Shown: positions 1 to 9,501 of the stretch, in pieces
Layout: each line of letters starts with the position of its first letter
Position numbering within the stretch: the first letter of the stretch is position 1
IMG/VR virus record: IMGVR_UViG_3300027971_000050
Direction: 5' to 3' (one strand)
From: an uncultured virus (IMG/VR IMGVR_UViG_3300027971_000050)
Lineage: Duplodnaviria > Heunggongvirae > Uroviricota > Caudoviricetes
DNA length: 64,000 nt
Translations under genes and position numbers: made by a program
Notes under the pieces: model-generated
The model's input: only the letters and a program-made list of their open reading frames with translations
What the model was told of the DNA's origin: nothing
Database searches by the model: none

Positions 1-1214
1 GTAACTCCAGCAATTACTTCACCTGTAAAAAAGTAAGCTGAATTTATAGGTAAAGCTATTTGATTTGTGGCGGCGGCGGATAAATTATTTGAAGTAATAA
101 CTGTGGCAGTAGCATCTGTTGTTTCTCTACCAAGAACTAGTAATGCGGCTTGAGAATTTCCTTGTACAGCCGCAATTTGTGAGTTGCCACCAGCAGTAAC
201 AGTGTTTCCTACTATACTTCTTGTTGTTGCATATGTACCACCATAAACAGAAGTACTATTATTATTTGATAAATTATTAGACCCAGCTAAAACTGATGCA
301 TACAACCCACTTGCAAAATTAACAACTCCTGCACCTACAAATGAACCAATTCCACTTGCAGTATTGCCAAAAACGGTAGTTGATGAATTAAAACCACCAC
401 CCACAACAACAGAACCAATTCCACTGGCTGTATTTTTAGAACCACCACCCACAAAACTCCAATCGCCCGATGCTACGTTTCTATTGGTTGAAGTACCAGC
501 ATCTCCACCATTACCGATAAAACTATATGAACCTGTGGCTTGGTTGTTACCGCCACCGACTACTATGCCGTGAGGAGTATAGAAACTGAGTGTGCTAGTA
601 GATGAACCCGATGCAGCTTGGCTTAATGTGAGTGCTGTACCTGATATAGCGGAAACGTAGGTACTTGCGGCAATGCTTGTGCCTGTAATGTATTGACCAA
701 CTTTAATGGAAGCATTACTGCCTGACAAAGTGACAGCGGTTGTGCTGTTCATTGTTCCTGATTGTGTGGTTACTGCGGAATTGGATGTTCCAGAGTTTGT
801 ATAACCACCACCGATGATGTTGTAATAACCAGCACCCGTATTTGCTTGGCCGCCAAGAATTGTAGAAATAAATCCGCTGGCAGTATTGTTTGTGCCGCCT
901 AAAACAACCCCATAAACTCCAGTTGCAAGGTTTCCGTTGCCTCCAGCAACTACAGAAATAAAGCCGCTGGCTTGATTTGCTTGGCCCCCGCCAATAACAG
1001 AAGACTGATTGCTTGCCACGTTTGCGGCACTTGGACGAGAAGTCTGCCAATCAACAGCATTAGTACCTCTAGCATTACCGCCAGCAGTAGTAGAGTCTGT
1101 CAATTGCGCTTGTAGCGCACCTGTGCCTTGTGGTTGCAATACCAAAGGAGCGTTTGCTGTTACTGTATCGGACACATACAGTTGGTTGTTGTAATTGTCT
1201 TGTCTGATAGCCAT
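1..1214 (-). CDS. Tail fibre-like protein, 3'-truncated at the window edge; paralog of the 1214-3667 protein
   Basis: ATG at 1214 overlaps the upstream TAA. Reads MAIRQDNYNNQLYVSDTVTANAPLVLQPQGTGALQAQLTDSTTAGGNARGTNAVDWQTSR..., then G/N/A/S-rich GGxxNxA repeats. Missing from the ORF track, presumably because it runs off the window. Confidence 0.75.
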   Translation of the reverse strand, partial: MAIRQDNYNNQLYVSDTVTANAPLVLQPQGTGALQAQLTDSTTAGGNARGTNAVDWQTSRPSAANVASNQSSVIGGGQANQASGFISVVAGGNGNLATGVYGVVLGGTNNTASGFISTILGGQANTGAGYYNIIGGGYTNSGTSNSAVTTQSGTMNSTTAVTLSGSNASIKVGQYITGTSIAASTYVSAISGTALTLSQAASGSSTSTLSFYTPHGIVVGGGNNQATGSYSFIGNGGDAGTSTNRNVASGDWSFVGGGSKNTASGIGSVVVGGGFNSSTTVFGNTASGIGSFVGAGVVNFASGLYASVLAGSNNLSNNNSTSVYGGTYATTRSIVGNTVTAGGNSQIAAVQGNSQAALLVLGRETTDATATVITSNNLSAAATNQIALPINSAYFFTGEVIAGV

Positions 1215-3667
1215 TAGAAAGTTACCTCAGTGGTTTCAACTTTTGCAACCCAACGTATTGTAGTAGACGCTACGCCTGTAACAGTTATAGCCAACGCACC
1301 GTTGGTTGTATCAGTAGTTAAAGTAAAACTCCATGCAGTTGCACCTGATGAAGATGCTATTCTGTTTATTACAGGGGTACCAATAAGTACAGTTGATCCC
1401 GCATTCGCGCCTCGCATGATTGCGCCTTCAAATGACCATGCCGCACCGTTAGCCGCACCAGTCACGTTGGCAATTAAAGAGCCTTTGAAATAATATGCTG
1501 AGTTGTTTGGTAGGGTTACTTGATTTGTTCCTGATGCGGCATTTGCGTCTGATGCAATGACTGTGGCAGTTGCATCTGTAGTTTGCCTACCAAGAACAAG
1601 TAATGCGCCTTGAGAAAAACCAGCACCCGTTGCTACCGGTGTTGAACAAGCAGGAGAAACCATATTTCCAACTATTGCCCTAGTTGTTCCTCTTTGACCA
1701 CCTAAAACAGAAGAAACAAGTGCTGATGCAGTATTTAAATTTCCGCCAATGATTGACGCAAGTTGTCCTGTAATATTATTACCTGACCCACCTGAAATAG
1801 TAGCTTGACCAGCACTTGCTGAATTTGAATTGCCCGCACCAACAAAAGCCTGATTTCCTGCGGCAGTATTGCTATAACCTCCAACAATTGTTGCCCAATC
1901 TCCACTAGCCGCATTTCTATTAGCCGCAGTACCAGCATCACCGCCCCCACCAATAAAACTATATGAACCTGTGGCTTGGTTGTTGCCGCCACCCACCACA
2001 ATTCCATGTGGAGTAAAGAAACTGAGTGTGCTTGTAGATGAGCCTGATGCGACTTGACTTAATGTGAGTGATGTTCCTGATATAGCGGCAACATAAGTTG
2101 CTGGAAATGTTGTAATGCTTGTGCCAGTAATTAATTGACCAACTTTAATGCTTGCATTGCTTGCAGACAAAGTAACAGCAGTTGTGCTGTTCATAGTGCC
2201 TGATTGCGTAGTTACTGCCGCAGTTGCAGTTCCACTATTTGTGTATCCAGTGCCAATAAAAGAAAAATATCCCGATGCTTGATTTGTATACCCTCCACAA
2301 ACTACACCACCATAACCAGCCGCACCATTAGATATTCCTCCTAAAATTGAAGCATAAGCCTGAGTTGCCGCATTACCAGTTCCTCCAGCAACAGTAGCAA
2401 CAGTTCCACTTGCAGTATTATTTATACCCCCACCAATAGTAGTTTGAGTGCCGCTGGCTACTTGTGCCGCAGTATTTCTTGAAGTCTGCCAATCGGTTGC
2501 ATTAGCACCCCTAGCATTACCACCAGTAGTAGTAGATGTTGTAGCTTGTGCTTGTAGCGCACCAGTACCAGCAGGACTTACATACAGACTACCATCTGAT
2601 TGCAGTCCTAGACCAGCTACTCCACTAAACGATAGGCTAGGAGTTCCATAGACAACAGCAGAAGTAGTGGCAATGTATGTGCCAACAATAGTAGAAAGTT
2701 CTAGTTGAGAACCCCAAACATAAATTGTTTGACCATTGGTATTAGCTCTTGTATTATCAGCGTTAGAAACCGCCACATCAACAAAAGAAGCTGTATTTGT
2801 AGCAATAGTTGAGCCAACTAAAGCACACCTATACCAACCATTGCCAACAGAAGTAATTGTGGCAGTAACTGATGCTTGGACTGTTCCCAATGCGCCAGTT
2901 GATAAGTTAAACCATGCCTCATCAGTTGTGTTGTTATTAATAAATAAAGCACGAAGTCTTAACCAACTTCCTGTGCCAGCTTTTGCGTAAACGCTATATC
3001 CATAAGAGGTTGATAAAACTGGTGTAACAGTTTGTCTGCAATAAGCATCAGTTGTGCCATTAGGAGTAAGAATATCGGCAGTTAAACCGCCCAATGGGTC
3101 TGTGGTTGCAGAAGTAATAGCCGCAGTTAAATTGCTCTTAGTCCAAGTTGCAGAAGTGAAATCTTGGCTTTGTAACAGTAAATTCTGCCCAGTTCCATTT
3201 AATCGTTCTGTCTGAGCAGTAAGCGTAGTAAACGTACCAGCCGCTGGCGTAGTTCCACCAATGGAGGTGTTGTTGATCGTGCCGCCAGTGATGGCGACGT
3301 TTGTTGGATCGTATGAATCGGTGTTGTCTACTTTCTGCCAGACAGAGCCATTGAAAATAGCCCAGTCTCCAACTTGCCAGTCAGTGATGCCGTTCAAGTT
3401 GGTCGATCCCGCAATACTCACCACATAGTAATAGCCCTGCGTACCAACACTGGATGTCAGAGTGGGTGAATTGGTTGATGCGTTCCATGTACCTTGATAG
3501 CCAACAAGCCCAACAGAACCCGCAGAAGTCCAACCAGTGGCTGTTAATACATACCCACCCTGCCCAGCCAAAGGCCGTGGAACCTCACCCTGAATCCCGT
3601 CAACCAAAGCCGTGGGAGAGGTAAAGGTTCCAAAATCTACTATACCCGTATGGGGCGCAATAGACAT
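1214..3667 (-). CDS. Tail fibre/adhesin-like virion protein (817 aa)
   Basis: T/S/G/A-rich. N-terminal YQGTWNASTNSPTL...WQKVDN module, an NLLLQSQDF...GNGWYRC carbohydrate-binding-like segment, and GGxxNxA beta-helix-like repeats. Confidence 0.75.
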   Translation of the reverse strand: MSIAPHTGIVDFGTFTSPTALVDGIQGEVPRPLAGQGGYVLTATGWTSAGSVGLVGYQGTWNASTNSPTLTSSVGTQGYYYVVSIAGSTNLNGITDWQVGDWAIFNGSVWQKVDNTDSYDPTNVAITGGTINNTSIGGTTPAAGTFTTLTAQTERLNGTGQNLLLQSQDFTSATWTKSNLTAAITSATTDPLGGLTADILTPNGTTDAYCRQTVTPVLSTSYGYSVYAKAGTGSWLRLRALFINNNTTDEAWFNLSTGALGTVQASVTATITSVGNGWYRCALVGSTIATNTASFVDVAVSNADNTRANTNGQTIYVWGSQLELSTIVGTYIATTSAVVYGTPSLSFSGVAGLGLQSDGSLYVSPAGTGALQAQATTSTTTGGNARGANATDWQTSRNTAAQVASGTQTTIGGGINNTASGTVATVAGGTGNAATQAYASILGGISNGAAGYGGVVCGGYTNQASGYFSFIGTGYTNSGTATAAVTTQSGTMNSTTAVTLSASNASIKVGQLITGTSITTFPATYVAAISGTSLTLSQVASGSSTSTLSFFTPHGIVVGGGNNQATGSYSFIGGGGDAGTAANRNAASGDWATIVGGYSNTAAGNQAFVGAGNSNSASAGQATISGGSGNNITGQLASIIGGNLNTASALVSSVLGGQRGTTRAIVGNMVSPACSTPVATGAGFSQGALLVLGRQTTDATATVIASDANAASGTNQVTLPNNSAYYFKGSLIANVTGAANGAAWSFEGAIMRGANAGSTVLIGTPVINRIASSSGATAWSFTLTTDTTNGALAITVTGVASTTIRWVAKVETTEVTF

Positions 3668-4233
3668 TACAAACTCTCAATAAAAGCTTGGTGTTTAGCC
3701 AACAAAGTTGCTTTGAGTTTTACTGTTTCCGCAGTAGCTATTTCCAATTTTGCTTGCTCTGCATCCAAAGCCTGCATCTTGGAAAAATACTCTTGCGCTT
3801 GTTTATCTACAGCTTCTTGCTGACTTTGAGCATTTGATGCAGCTAAGGCGGCTTGAGCAAGTTTTGTTTTGGCTTCATCAACAGTGGCTTGCGCCGCTGC
3901 AATTAACGTATCAGCCTTTTCTTGCGCTGCTTTGGTTATTTTCTTGGCTTCAGCTTTTGCATCAGCAACAACAGCAACTGCATTTTGCTGGGCCTTATCC
4001 AAAGTGGTTTGGGAGGCTGCTGCGTCTTGGGCTATTTTTTCTCGCAACGCAATGATTTCGTTAGCTGGCGCTACCAAAGCAATGAATTTCTTGTTTTCTT
4101 CCGTAGCTTTATCCAAAGCATCTATTTTTTCTTTATAGGCGCTTGGATTAGCCACAACAGTGAGCAAGTCAATCAATTGGTTAGAGCCGCCGGAGCCGCC
4201 CATTAGGGTTCCATCTTGGTTATACGTTGTCAT
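3667..4233 (-). CDS. Ala/Lys-rich coiled-coil protein
   Basis: Probable start MTTYNQDG at 4233, overlapping the upstream stop; heptad-like A/K/Q composition. Confidence 0.65.
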   Translation of the reverse strand: MTTYNQDGTLMGGSGGSNQLIDLLTVVANPSAYKEKIDALDKATEENKKFIALVAPANEIIALREKIAQDAAASQTTLDKAQQNAVAVVADAKAEAKKITKAAQEKADTLIAAAQATVDEAKTKLAQAALAASNAQSQQEAVDKQAQEYFSKMQALDAEQAKLEIATAETVKLKATLLAKHQAFIESL

Positions 4234-4571
4234 GCTAATCCTCCGCCACCGGCTTGGATGATTGTCAATATTGCAGAACCCGTAGTTCCAGTATCTAAAA
4301 CCAAACGAATGCCCGTGCAAGGATATGCTACGTTACCGTTAAAGTTTGCCGTTGCTGGTGTTCCAGAAGGTGTTGATGGGTGGTAATACCATGTCGCTGA
4401 AGAAGGGGTAAACCCCGCAGCAAACACATCGTCAAATGTGTATTGGACATACGCATTCACCGTTCCAGTGACAGCCAATGCAAGCCCCCAGTTTGCGGGG
4501 GATACATAGGTGTCTACTGGATAGACGTTGGAGTTATTAACCCCACGTACGGTTAGTCTGACTGGACGCAT
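4230..4571 (-). CDS. Small virion structural protein (putative)
   Basis: AGGAG RBS, beta-rich composition, operon context. Confidence 0.6.
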   Translation of the reverse strand: MRPVRLTVRGVNNSNVYPVDTYVSPANWGLALAVTGTVNAYVQYTFDDVFAAGFTPSSATWYYHPSTPSGTPATANFNGNVAYPCTGIRLVLDTGTTGSAILTIIQAGGGGLA

Positions 4572-4583
4572 TGGGCGCTCCTA

Positions 4584-5282
4584 TCAATCAAAGTTGCCGT
4601 AAGGATAAGCTGTGGTGCTACCAATGTTGCTATCGGGTTGTATATAGCGAACAGCAAAATTAAATTTACCGCCAGTAGGTGCTGCCACAGTAGTACCGGT
4701 GATTGACAATGTAAACACCACTTGCGACAAATTGGGTTGCCCGTTTGCTTGAACAATATCCGTAGAGGTAGACAACATGTTAATCAAGTTGGTTGCAGTA
4801 TACGAAGTTGTCTTACGCCCAGCAGTACCAACAGTTGTGGTTCCTAATTGCGTAGAAGCATAAGTAGGGGTTCCAGCGGTAGCGGTAGTTGCGTTAGACA
4901 CATAAATGCTCACATCAGACAGTGTAGCGCCACCCTCTCCAGTGATTGCGCTCAAGTAATCAATAGTGATATCTTGAATTGTGCAACCTGTGGGCAAGTA
5001 CATAATTACGCCACGATATACCTGTGTACTTAAATCCGTTGGGGGTGTTGTGGTGGTAGCGGGAAATGCGCTAGATGGGGTATACAGTTGACCCGCCACG
5101 TTAGGAATGCCGTTAGCAAAAGCATACTGCCCAGAAGTGCCGGAATATCCATTTGTACCGGGAGTGGTAATGGATAGATCAATGTAGGCATCTTGAACCA
5201 ACCCAGTGTAACCAACGTTACGCAAAGGGCCAAAACGGTTGTCGCCAGCTAAAACTGGGCCTTCAAATGTACTACGTCCCAT
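4584..5282 (-). CDS. Putative virion structural/head decoration protein
   Basis: MGRSTFEGPV start with AAGGA RBS; T/G/S-rich; downstream of the capsid genes. Confidence 0.6.
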   Translation of the reverse strand: MGRSTFEGPVLAGDNRFGPLRNVGYTGLVQDAYIDLSITTPGTNGYSGTSGQYAFANGIPNVAGQLYTPSSAFPATTTTPPTDLSTQVYRGVIMYLPTGCTIQDITIDYLSAITGEGGATLSDVSIYVSNATTATAGTPTYASTQLGTTTVGTAGRKTTSYTATNLINMLSTSTDIVQANGQPNLSQVVFTLSITGTTVAAPTGGKFNFAVRYIQPDSNIGSTTAYPYGNFD

Positions 5283-5371
5283 GATAAAAATCCTTATGCA
5301 AAAGAGCTTTTACCAATCGTTGCATCGTCTGCTGGGGCAGTGGCGGTAAAAGCAATCACCCAGATGTCGGC

Positions 5372-5399
5372 AATATACATGATTTGTGTAGAATGTCAA
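5372..5399 (-). promoter_or_regulatory. Sigma70-like promoter TTGACA-N16-TATATT for the 5282 operon; overlaps a divergent TAGAAT -10 for the HNH gene
   Basis: Minus strand reads TTGACA ttctacacaaatcatg TATATT. Plus strand has TAGAAT at 5389-5394, 6 nt before ATG 5401. Confidence 0.55.
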
Positions 5400-5400
5400 T

Positions 5401-5772
5401 ATGCCGTACAAAGATCCCGTAAAAAAGAAAAATAAACAGAAAGGGTATTCCAAAAAGCATTACGAAAGTAACGCAGACAAAGTTAAAGCTGCAACCAAAA
5501 AACGCAGTAAAGCGTTAAAAGAAGACTGGAAAGAATTTAAATCCACTTTGTCCTGCCTTGAGTGTGGTGTTTACCACCCAGCTATTTTAGATTTTCACCA
5601 CATTGATCCTGAAATGAAAAACGACAGTGTGCACAAAATGATACAAGCGGGTAGCTATAAAAAAGCAATAGAAGAAGTTCAACAGTGCGTGGTGCTGTGT
5701 TCAAACTGCCATAGGGTTTACCACTACAACGAACGCAAAAGAGAAAAAGAAAAAGGGGCCGAAGCCCCCTAG
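5401..5772 (+). CDS. HNH endonuclease
   Basis: CxxC...LDFHH...C..LCSNCH motifs; inserted opposite to the flanking late genes. Confidence 0.85.
   Translation: MPYKDPVKKKNKQKGYSKKHYESNADKVKAATKKRSKALKEDWKEFKSTLSCLECGVYHPAILDFHHIDPEMKNDSVHKMIQAGSYKKAIEEVQQCVVLCSNCHRVYHYNERKREKEKGAEAP
5750..5769 (-). terminator. Intrinsic terminator with cUUCGg tetraloop
   Basis: Minus strand GGGGC-TTCG-GCCCC followed by TTTTT, downstream of the acidic-protein gene. Confidence 0.8.
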
Positions 5773-5795
5773 TGTTCGCTATTTGCGAATAGCGA

Positions 5796-6179
5796 TTACT
5801 CGTCAATTTTAGTAATGACGTATGTGGTCACGGTAGAAGATTCGTCTTCTTCGGATTCATCTTCATCAGACTCTTCGTCTTCATCAGACTCTTCGTCTTC
5901 AACATACTCAATCCAGTCAGCAGACTCTTCGTCGTAGACATACCAAGTATCAATTTCTTCGTCGTACCAATACCAAGCATCGGTATCTTCATCATAAACG
6001 TAGTCATCATCTTCGTCTTCGTAAGACACTGCTTCGTAATCAGCAGCCCAACCATGTTCTTGCTGGAACGCAACGAACTCTTGAATGATTTGTGCTTTAT
6101 CAAAATCAGTGGTGTGGATGACTAATTTTTCGTCGTCTTCAAAACCCCAAACAGAAATATCAATTTCAACCTTGTACAT
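5796..6179 (-). CDS. Highly acidic protein with aromatic-acidic repeats (YVYDEDTDAWYWYDEE)
   Basis: Probable start MYKVEIDIS at 6179 after AAGGGG; the C-terminal half is D/E-rich. Confidence 0.75.
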   Translation of the reverse strand: MYKVEIDISVWGFEDDEKLVIHTTDFDKAQIIQEFVAFQQEHGWAADYEAVSYEDEDDDYVYDEDTDAWYWYDEEIDTWYVYDEESADWIEYVEDEESDEDEESDEDESEEDESSTVTTYVITKIDE

Positions 6180-6223
6180 TTTTAACCCCTTAAAAAATTG
6201 GTGCAGCCCAATGCCGCAAAACA

Positions 6224-6252
6224 ATCCTACGGAACCTCTATGACGTTTGCAA
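6224..6252 (-). promoter_or_regulatory. Sigma70-like promoter TTGCAA-N17-TAGGAT for the acidic-protein gene
   Basis: Minus strand TTGCAA acgtcatagaggttccg TAGGAT, directly after the capsid-gene terminator. Confidence 0.6.
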
Positions 6253-6259
6253 GGCTAAT

Positions 6260-6284
6260 AAAAAAGGGCCCCTTTTGGGGGCCC
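6260..6284 (-). terminator. Intrinsic terminator after the major capsid gene
   Basis: Minus strand GGGCCCC-caaaa-GGGGCCC followed by TTTTTT. Confidence 0.8.
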
Positions 6285-6310
6285 CCATTTGGTTATTTAA
6301 AACCAAATTA

Positions 6311-7222
6311 TCAGAACGAACCAGAGGAACCAAAAACACCCAATGGATCAGAGAACCCGAACGAATAACGTTCACGGGCTTTGTAACGCACGTTGCCGGT
6401 ATCAAAGTCGCCGTCCATGCTGTTAGCCAGCGGAGTACGAACGAACATTTTCAAACCGTTAGGTACGTCTGTCGTCAAGAACCAAGCATTGGTGTCTGTC
6501 AAGTAGTGGTTGACAGTGTAGCCTTCAGGGATTGAACCGTTATTCTTGATTGCGTTAATGTCGTTGTTGTTTGTACCAACGCGCAACTCAGTTTCGAGCA
6601 AGCGGGTAGCAACGAACATCAATGCAGGCGGAATAATCAGCTTGCGTGGTTTAGCGGCGATCAACAAGCCACGCTCATCAGTCCAAGCAGCAATACCAAT
6701 CACGGCGGCTTCCAAAGAAGTCTCGTTCAAGTCGGCTTGAGTAGCAGGAGTGTTGGCGTTGACGCCACCGTTAATCAACGGGTGAGAAGTGCTGAACAAA
6801 GGTACGCCATCACCACCAACGAATTGAGCGGAGAAGCCGTTGTTCAAAGTTGCTGCACCTTTGACCTGTTTGGTGTATGCCATTGCACGAGCCAGACCTT
6901 TGGTGTAGCGAGCAGACAAAGAGTCGTAGAGGTTATCTTCAACTGCTTCTTCTGTGATCGCAAAGCCCAAGGCAATGGTTTCGTGGTTGTAGCGTGCTGT
7001 AAAAGCTTCTTGTGCATTGTCATAAGCGATGGCTGAGCCCTCGTTCTTAACAGGTGCAGCAGAGAAACCTGAAAGTTTCGTTTCTTCTTCAAAAGAACGC
7101 TCAGAGGTTTCGATTTCATAAATTTCTTTATGTTCTTCACCGTAGCGAGCGTACTCCAAACCAAACAATGCGTTCAGTCCGGGAAGGAGTTCCTTCAATA
7201 GTTGTGCGCGTGAAATAGCCAT
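6311..7222 (-). CDS. Major capsid protein
   Basis: MAISRAQLLKELLPGLNALFGLEY...GDFDTGNVRYKARERYSFG, recognised as a capsid family; strong RBS; followed by a terminator. Confidence 0.9.
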   Translation of the reverse strand: MAISRAQLLKELLPGLNALFGLEYARYGEEHKEIYEIETSERSFEEETKLSGFSAAPVKNEGSAIAYDNAQEAFTARYNHETIALGFAITEEAVEDNLYDSLSARYTKGLARAMAYTKQVKGAATLNNGFSAQFVGGDGVPLFSTSHPLINGGVNANTPATQADLNETSLEAAVIGIAAWTDERGLLIAAKPRKLIIPPALMFVATRLLETELRVGTNNNDINAIKNNGSIPEGYTVNHYLTDTNAWFLTTDVPNGLKMFVRTPLANSMDGDFDTGNVRYKARERYSFGFSDPLGVFGSSGSF

Positions 7223-7234
7223 TTAAGTTACTCC

Positions 7235-8077
7235 TTAGACTGCTGTGGCAGCGTAATACTCATGGATACCAAAGTTGATCTTGACGAGCATCTCTGGAAT
7301 TTGAGTAAACACAATAGTTGAACTGGAAGGGATAGTTGTTGCTGTCAATCCCAATGAAGTTGTTGCCACGTTGATAGTGATAGAGGTTGTACCTGCTGCA
7401 TAGCCTGAAGTCACAAACGAGCCCGTACGGACGATCTGACCGTTGGAAGCCACATAAGAAACATCGGAACCTTGCAGAATAGCACTTGGCAAACCAGAAC
7501 CGGTGAGGGTAATGGTAGTGCTTGAAGAACTACCTGTTGCAGACACAGGAGATGCTGTATCAGGCACAACACCAACAACGCGCATTGGGAAGGTGCTTGT
7601 AGTCAATGTAGCTGAATACAACAATGCGTTTGAGGAGTTACCTGTCGCAGTGCTACCAGCAGTGTTAATCATTTGGTAGTTCTGACCGACCATGGCGTAG
7701 CTGCCAGATGCGACTGTTGTACCAGATGAGCAAACGACTGCTTTGAACACAGTGTCAGGATCGTCACAAACAATAGCGACAGCGTCACCAGCCAGCGTAC
7801 CGCCGGGCCAGTATTGAGCAAATTGCTTTTGCTTGGTCAATGGGTTTGTGTAAGAACAACCCAAAAAGACACCAACCATTCCGGATGAGCCACCGCCGGT
7901 GGAAACAGCCAAACGTTGAGCAAAGCCTTGAGCCACTTTGACGAAATCGCCATAGTAAATGGTTGTTGCTTCACCATACTGAATAGGTACTTCTCGGGTA
8001 GAACCCGCGAATACCTGACCTCCGATCAGATTGATCGGTTTTAGACCGTAGGGGGCCGAAACCGTGGGATAAGCCAT
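7235..8077 (-). CDS. Capsid-associated/decoration protein (putative)
   Basis: Immediately upstream of the capsid gene; APYGLKPI...GVFLGCSYT motif. Confidence 0.6.
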   Translation of the reverse strand: MAYPTVSAPYGLKPINLIGGQVFAGSTREVPIQYGEATTIYYGDFVKVAQGFAQRLAVSTGGGSSGMVGVFLGCSYTNPLTKQKQFAQYWPGGTLAGDAVAIVCDDPDTVFKAVVCSSGTTVASGSYAMVGQNYQMINTAGSTATGNSSNALLYSATLTTSTFPMRVVGVVPDTASPVSATGSSSSTTITLTGSGLPSAILQGSDVSYVASNGQIVRTGSFVTSGYAAGTTSITINVATTSLGLTATTIPSSSTIVFTQIPEMLVKINFGIHEYYAATAV

Positions 8078-8088
8078 TTAAGACTCCT

Positions 8089-8538
8089 TTATTTTGAACC
8101 AGAACCAAATCCGCTTCCTCTGCTGACTGTCGATTGTCTTTCGGCAAACAGCGGCATACGCGGGTCATTTTGTCGCATGAAATTATTGTCCACAGATTGA
8201 ATCTGGGCTTTATTCTGCTCTTCAAAGTACTCTTTGATGGAAGCGAGTCTGTCGGTTGGCATCTTGCAAAGCATGAGTCCACCAATTTCCACGTTGCCAT
8301 TAGCAGCACCTTCAAGCATAAGCTCAGGGTGATCTGTTGCCTTAACCGGTTCCCAGCCATCGCGCATCTTGCGAGATACGTTGGTCGGGTCTGAAGCACC
8401 GAGAATGTGTGTCGCTATCCAGCGATACGACCATCCGGGTTCAGGTGTTGGATCGGGCAGAGTGCTCGATGGCTTATAGACATAACGAGCAGTTTTTTCG
8501 CGTGACACTACATCACGAGGGGTACGGTTTTCAGCCAT
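8089..8538 (-). CDS. Conserved head-module protein of unknown function
   Basis: YRWI...GWEPV...IGGLMLCK motif; head operon context. Confidence 0.65.
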   Translation of the reverse strand: MAENRTPRDVVSREKTARYVYKPSSTLPDPTPEPGWSYRWIATHILGASDPTNVSRKMRDGWEPVKATDHPELMLEGAANGNVEIGGLMLCKMPTDRLASIKEYFEEQNKAQIQSVDNNFMRQNDPRMPLFAERQSTVSRGSGFGSGSK

Positions 8539-9490
8539 TTGAATTCTCCAATTTTAAAACTTCAGCAACATATTTCTTAGGGTCAAGGTTGTACTTTTTA
8601 ATTAACGCCGCTTGAGTCGGAGTTAACTGTATCTTCCTTGTTCCAGTCGAACGAGTTGCCGGAGCAACTACTGCTGCCGGTTTTCTACTGGAAGTATCAA
8701 CCGACCTCGGCCTGTCTTCAGCACCACCGAAAACTTCGGGGAACTTTGACTTCACGCGAGCATCTATTTGCTCGAAATAATCATCACTGCGAGGATCGAC
8801 CCCGTTGTTGACTAGTTTTTGATGCAGCCCTAGTGCAAAGCTGGTAACTTCTTCGAACCCGTCTGAGCCAAACCACTGGTTTTTTGCTTGCCAGCGCAAG
8901 GTTTTTTCGTCAGCTCGCACCGGTTCGGATGCTTGTTGTCGCGGTTGTACCTCATAATTTTCGTTTTGTAAAGCGGGTGGACGAAAATTTTGTGCATTTT
9001 GCAACTTTAATTTAGCTTCAAATAGACTTTCCTGTGCGGCAAGGATGGCATCAGTGTCAAAAGACTCCTGTGCCGCCTTGTATTCCCGCCGAGCTTTGTC
9101 CAGTTCCGCTTCGGCTGCGTTCTTGGCCATGACTCCGTACTGTTCTGTACCAGTACTGACGTACTGTTTGAGCTTTTTATTTTCTTCAGACATGTGTTGC
9201 GCAATGCGCTCAAGCTCTTGTTTCTCACGTAACAAGGCTTCTTTGGCACGGCGCTCGTCATGACGTGCGTGTGTAAGTTCTTTGATTCGGTCTTGAACTT
9301 TTTTGCCGTACGAATCAATTTCTTCTTCGGTCGGGTCTTCTACTTCTTTATCAAGCTTGGGACTGAACCGATCATTTGGGGGTGTATCGTCAACGATTTC
9401 AATCTCAACATCGCCCTCTTCGTCTTGCAGAGCTACTTGATTTTTCTTTTCGTCTTCGATCTCGTCTGGGAATTTATATGCTTCTGGCAT
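8531..9490 (-). CDS. Putative scaffolding protein
   Basis: Acidic N-terminus, long coiled coil, position between portal and capsid genes. Confidence 0.65.
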   Translation of the reverse strand: MPEAYKFPDEIEDEKKNQVALQDEEGDVEIEIVDDTPPNDRFSPKLDKEVEDPTEEEIDSYGKKVQDRIKELTHARHDERRAKEALLREKQELERIAQHMSEENKKLKQYVSTGTEQYGVMAKNAAEAELDKARREYKAAQESFDTDAILAAQESLFEAKLKLQNAQNFRPPALQNENYEVQPRQQASEPVRADEKTLRWQAKNQWFGSDGFEEVTSFALGLHQKLVNNGVDPRSDDYFEQIDARVKSKFPEVFGGAEDRPRSVDTSSRKPAAVVAPATRSTGTRKIQLTPTQAALIKKYNLDPKKYVAEVLKLENSNG

Positions 9491-9501
9491 GTCGTCTCCT
9501 G

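Noticed and set aside
515..2220. Diversity-generating retroelement (TR/VR pair) in the fibre genes
   Set aside because: Both copies are coding, mismatches are not adenine-specific, and there is no reverse transcriptase in the window.
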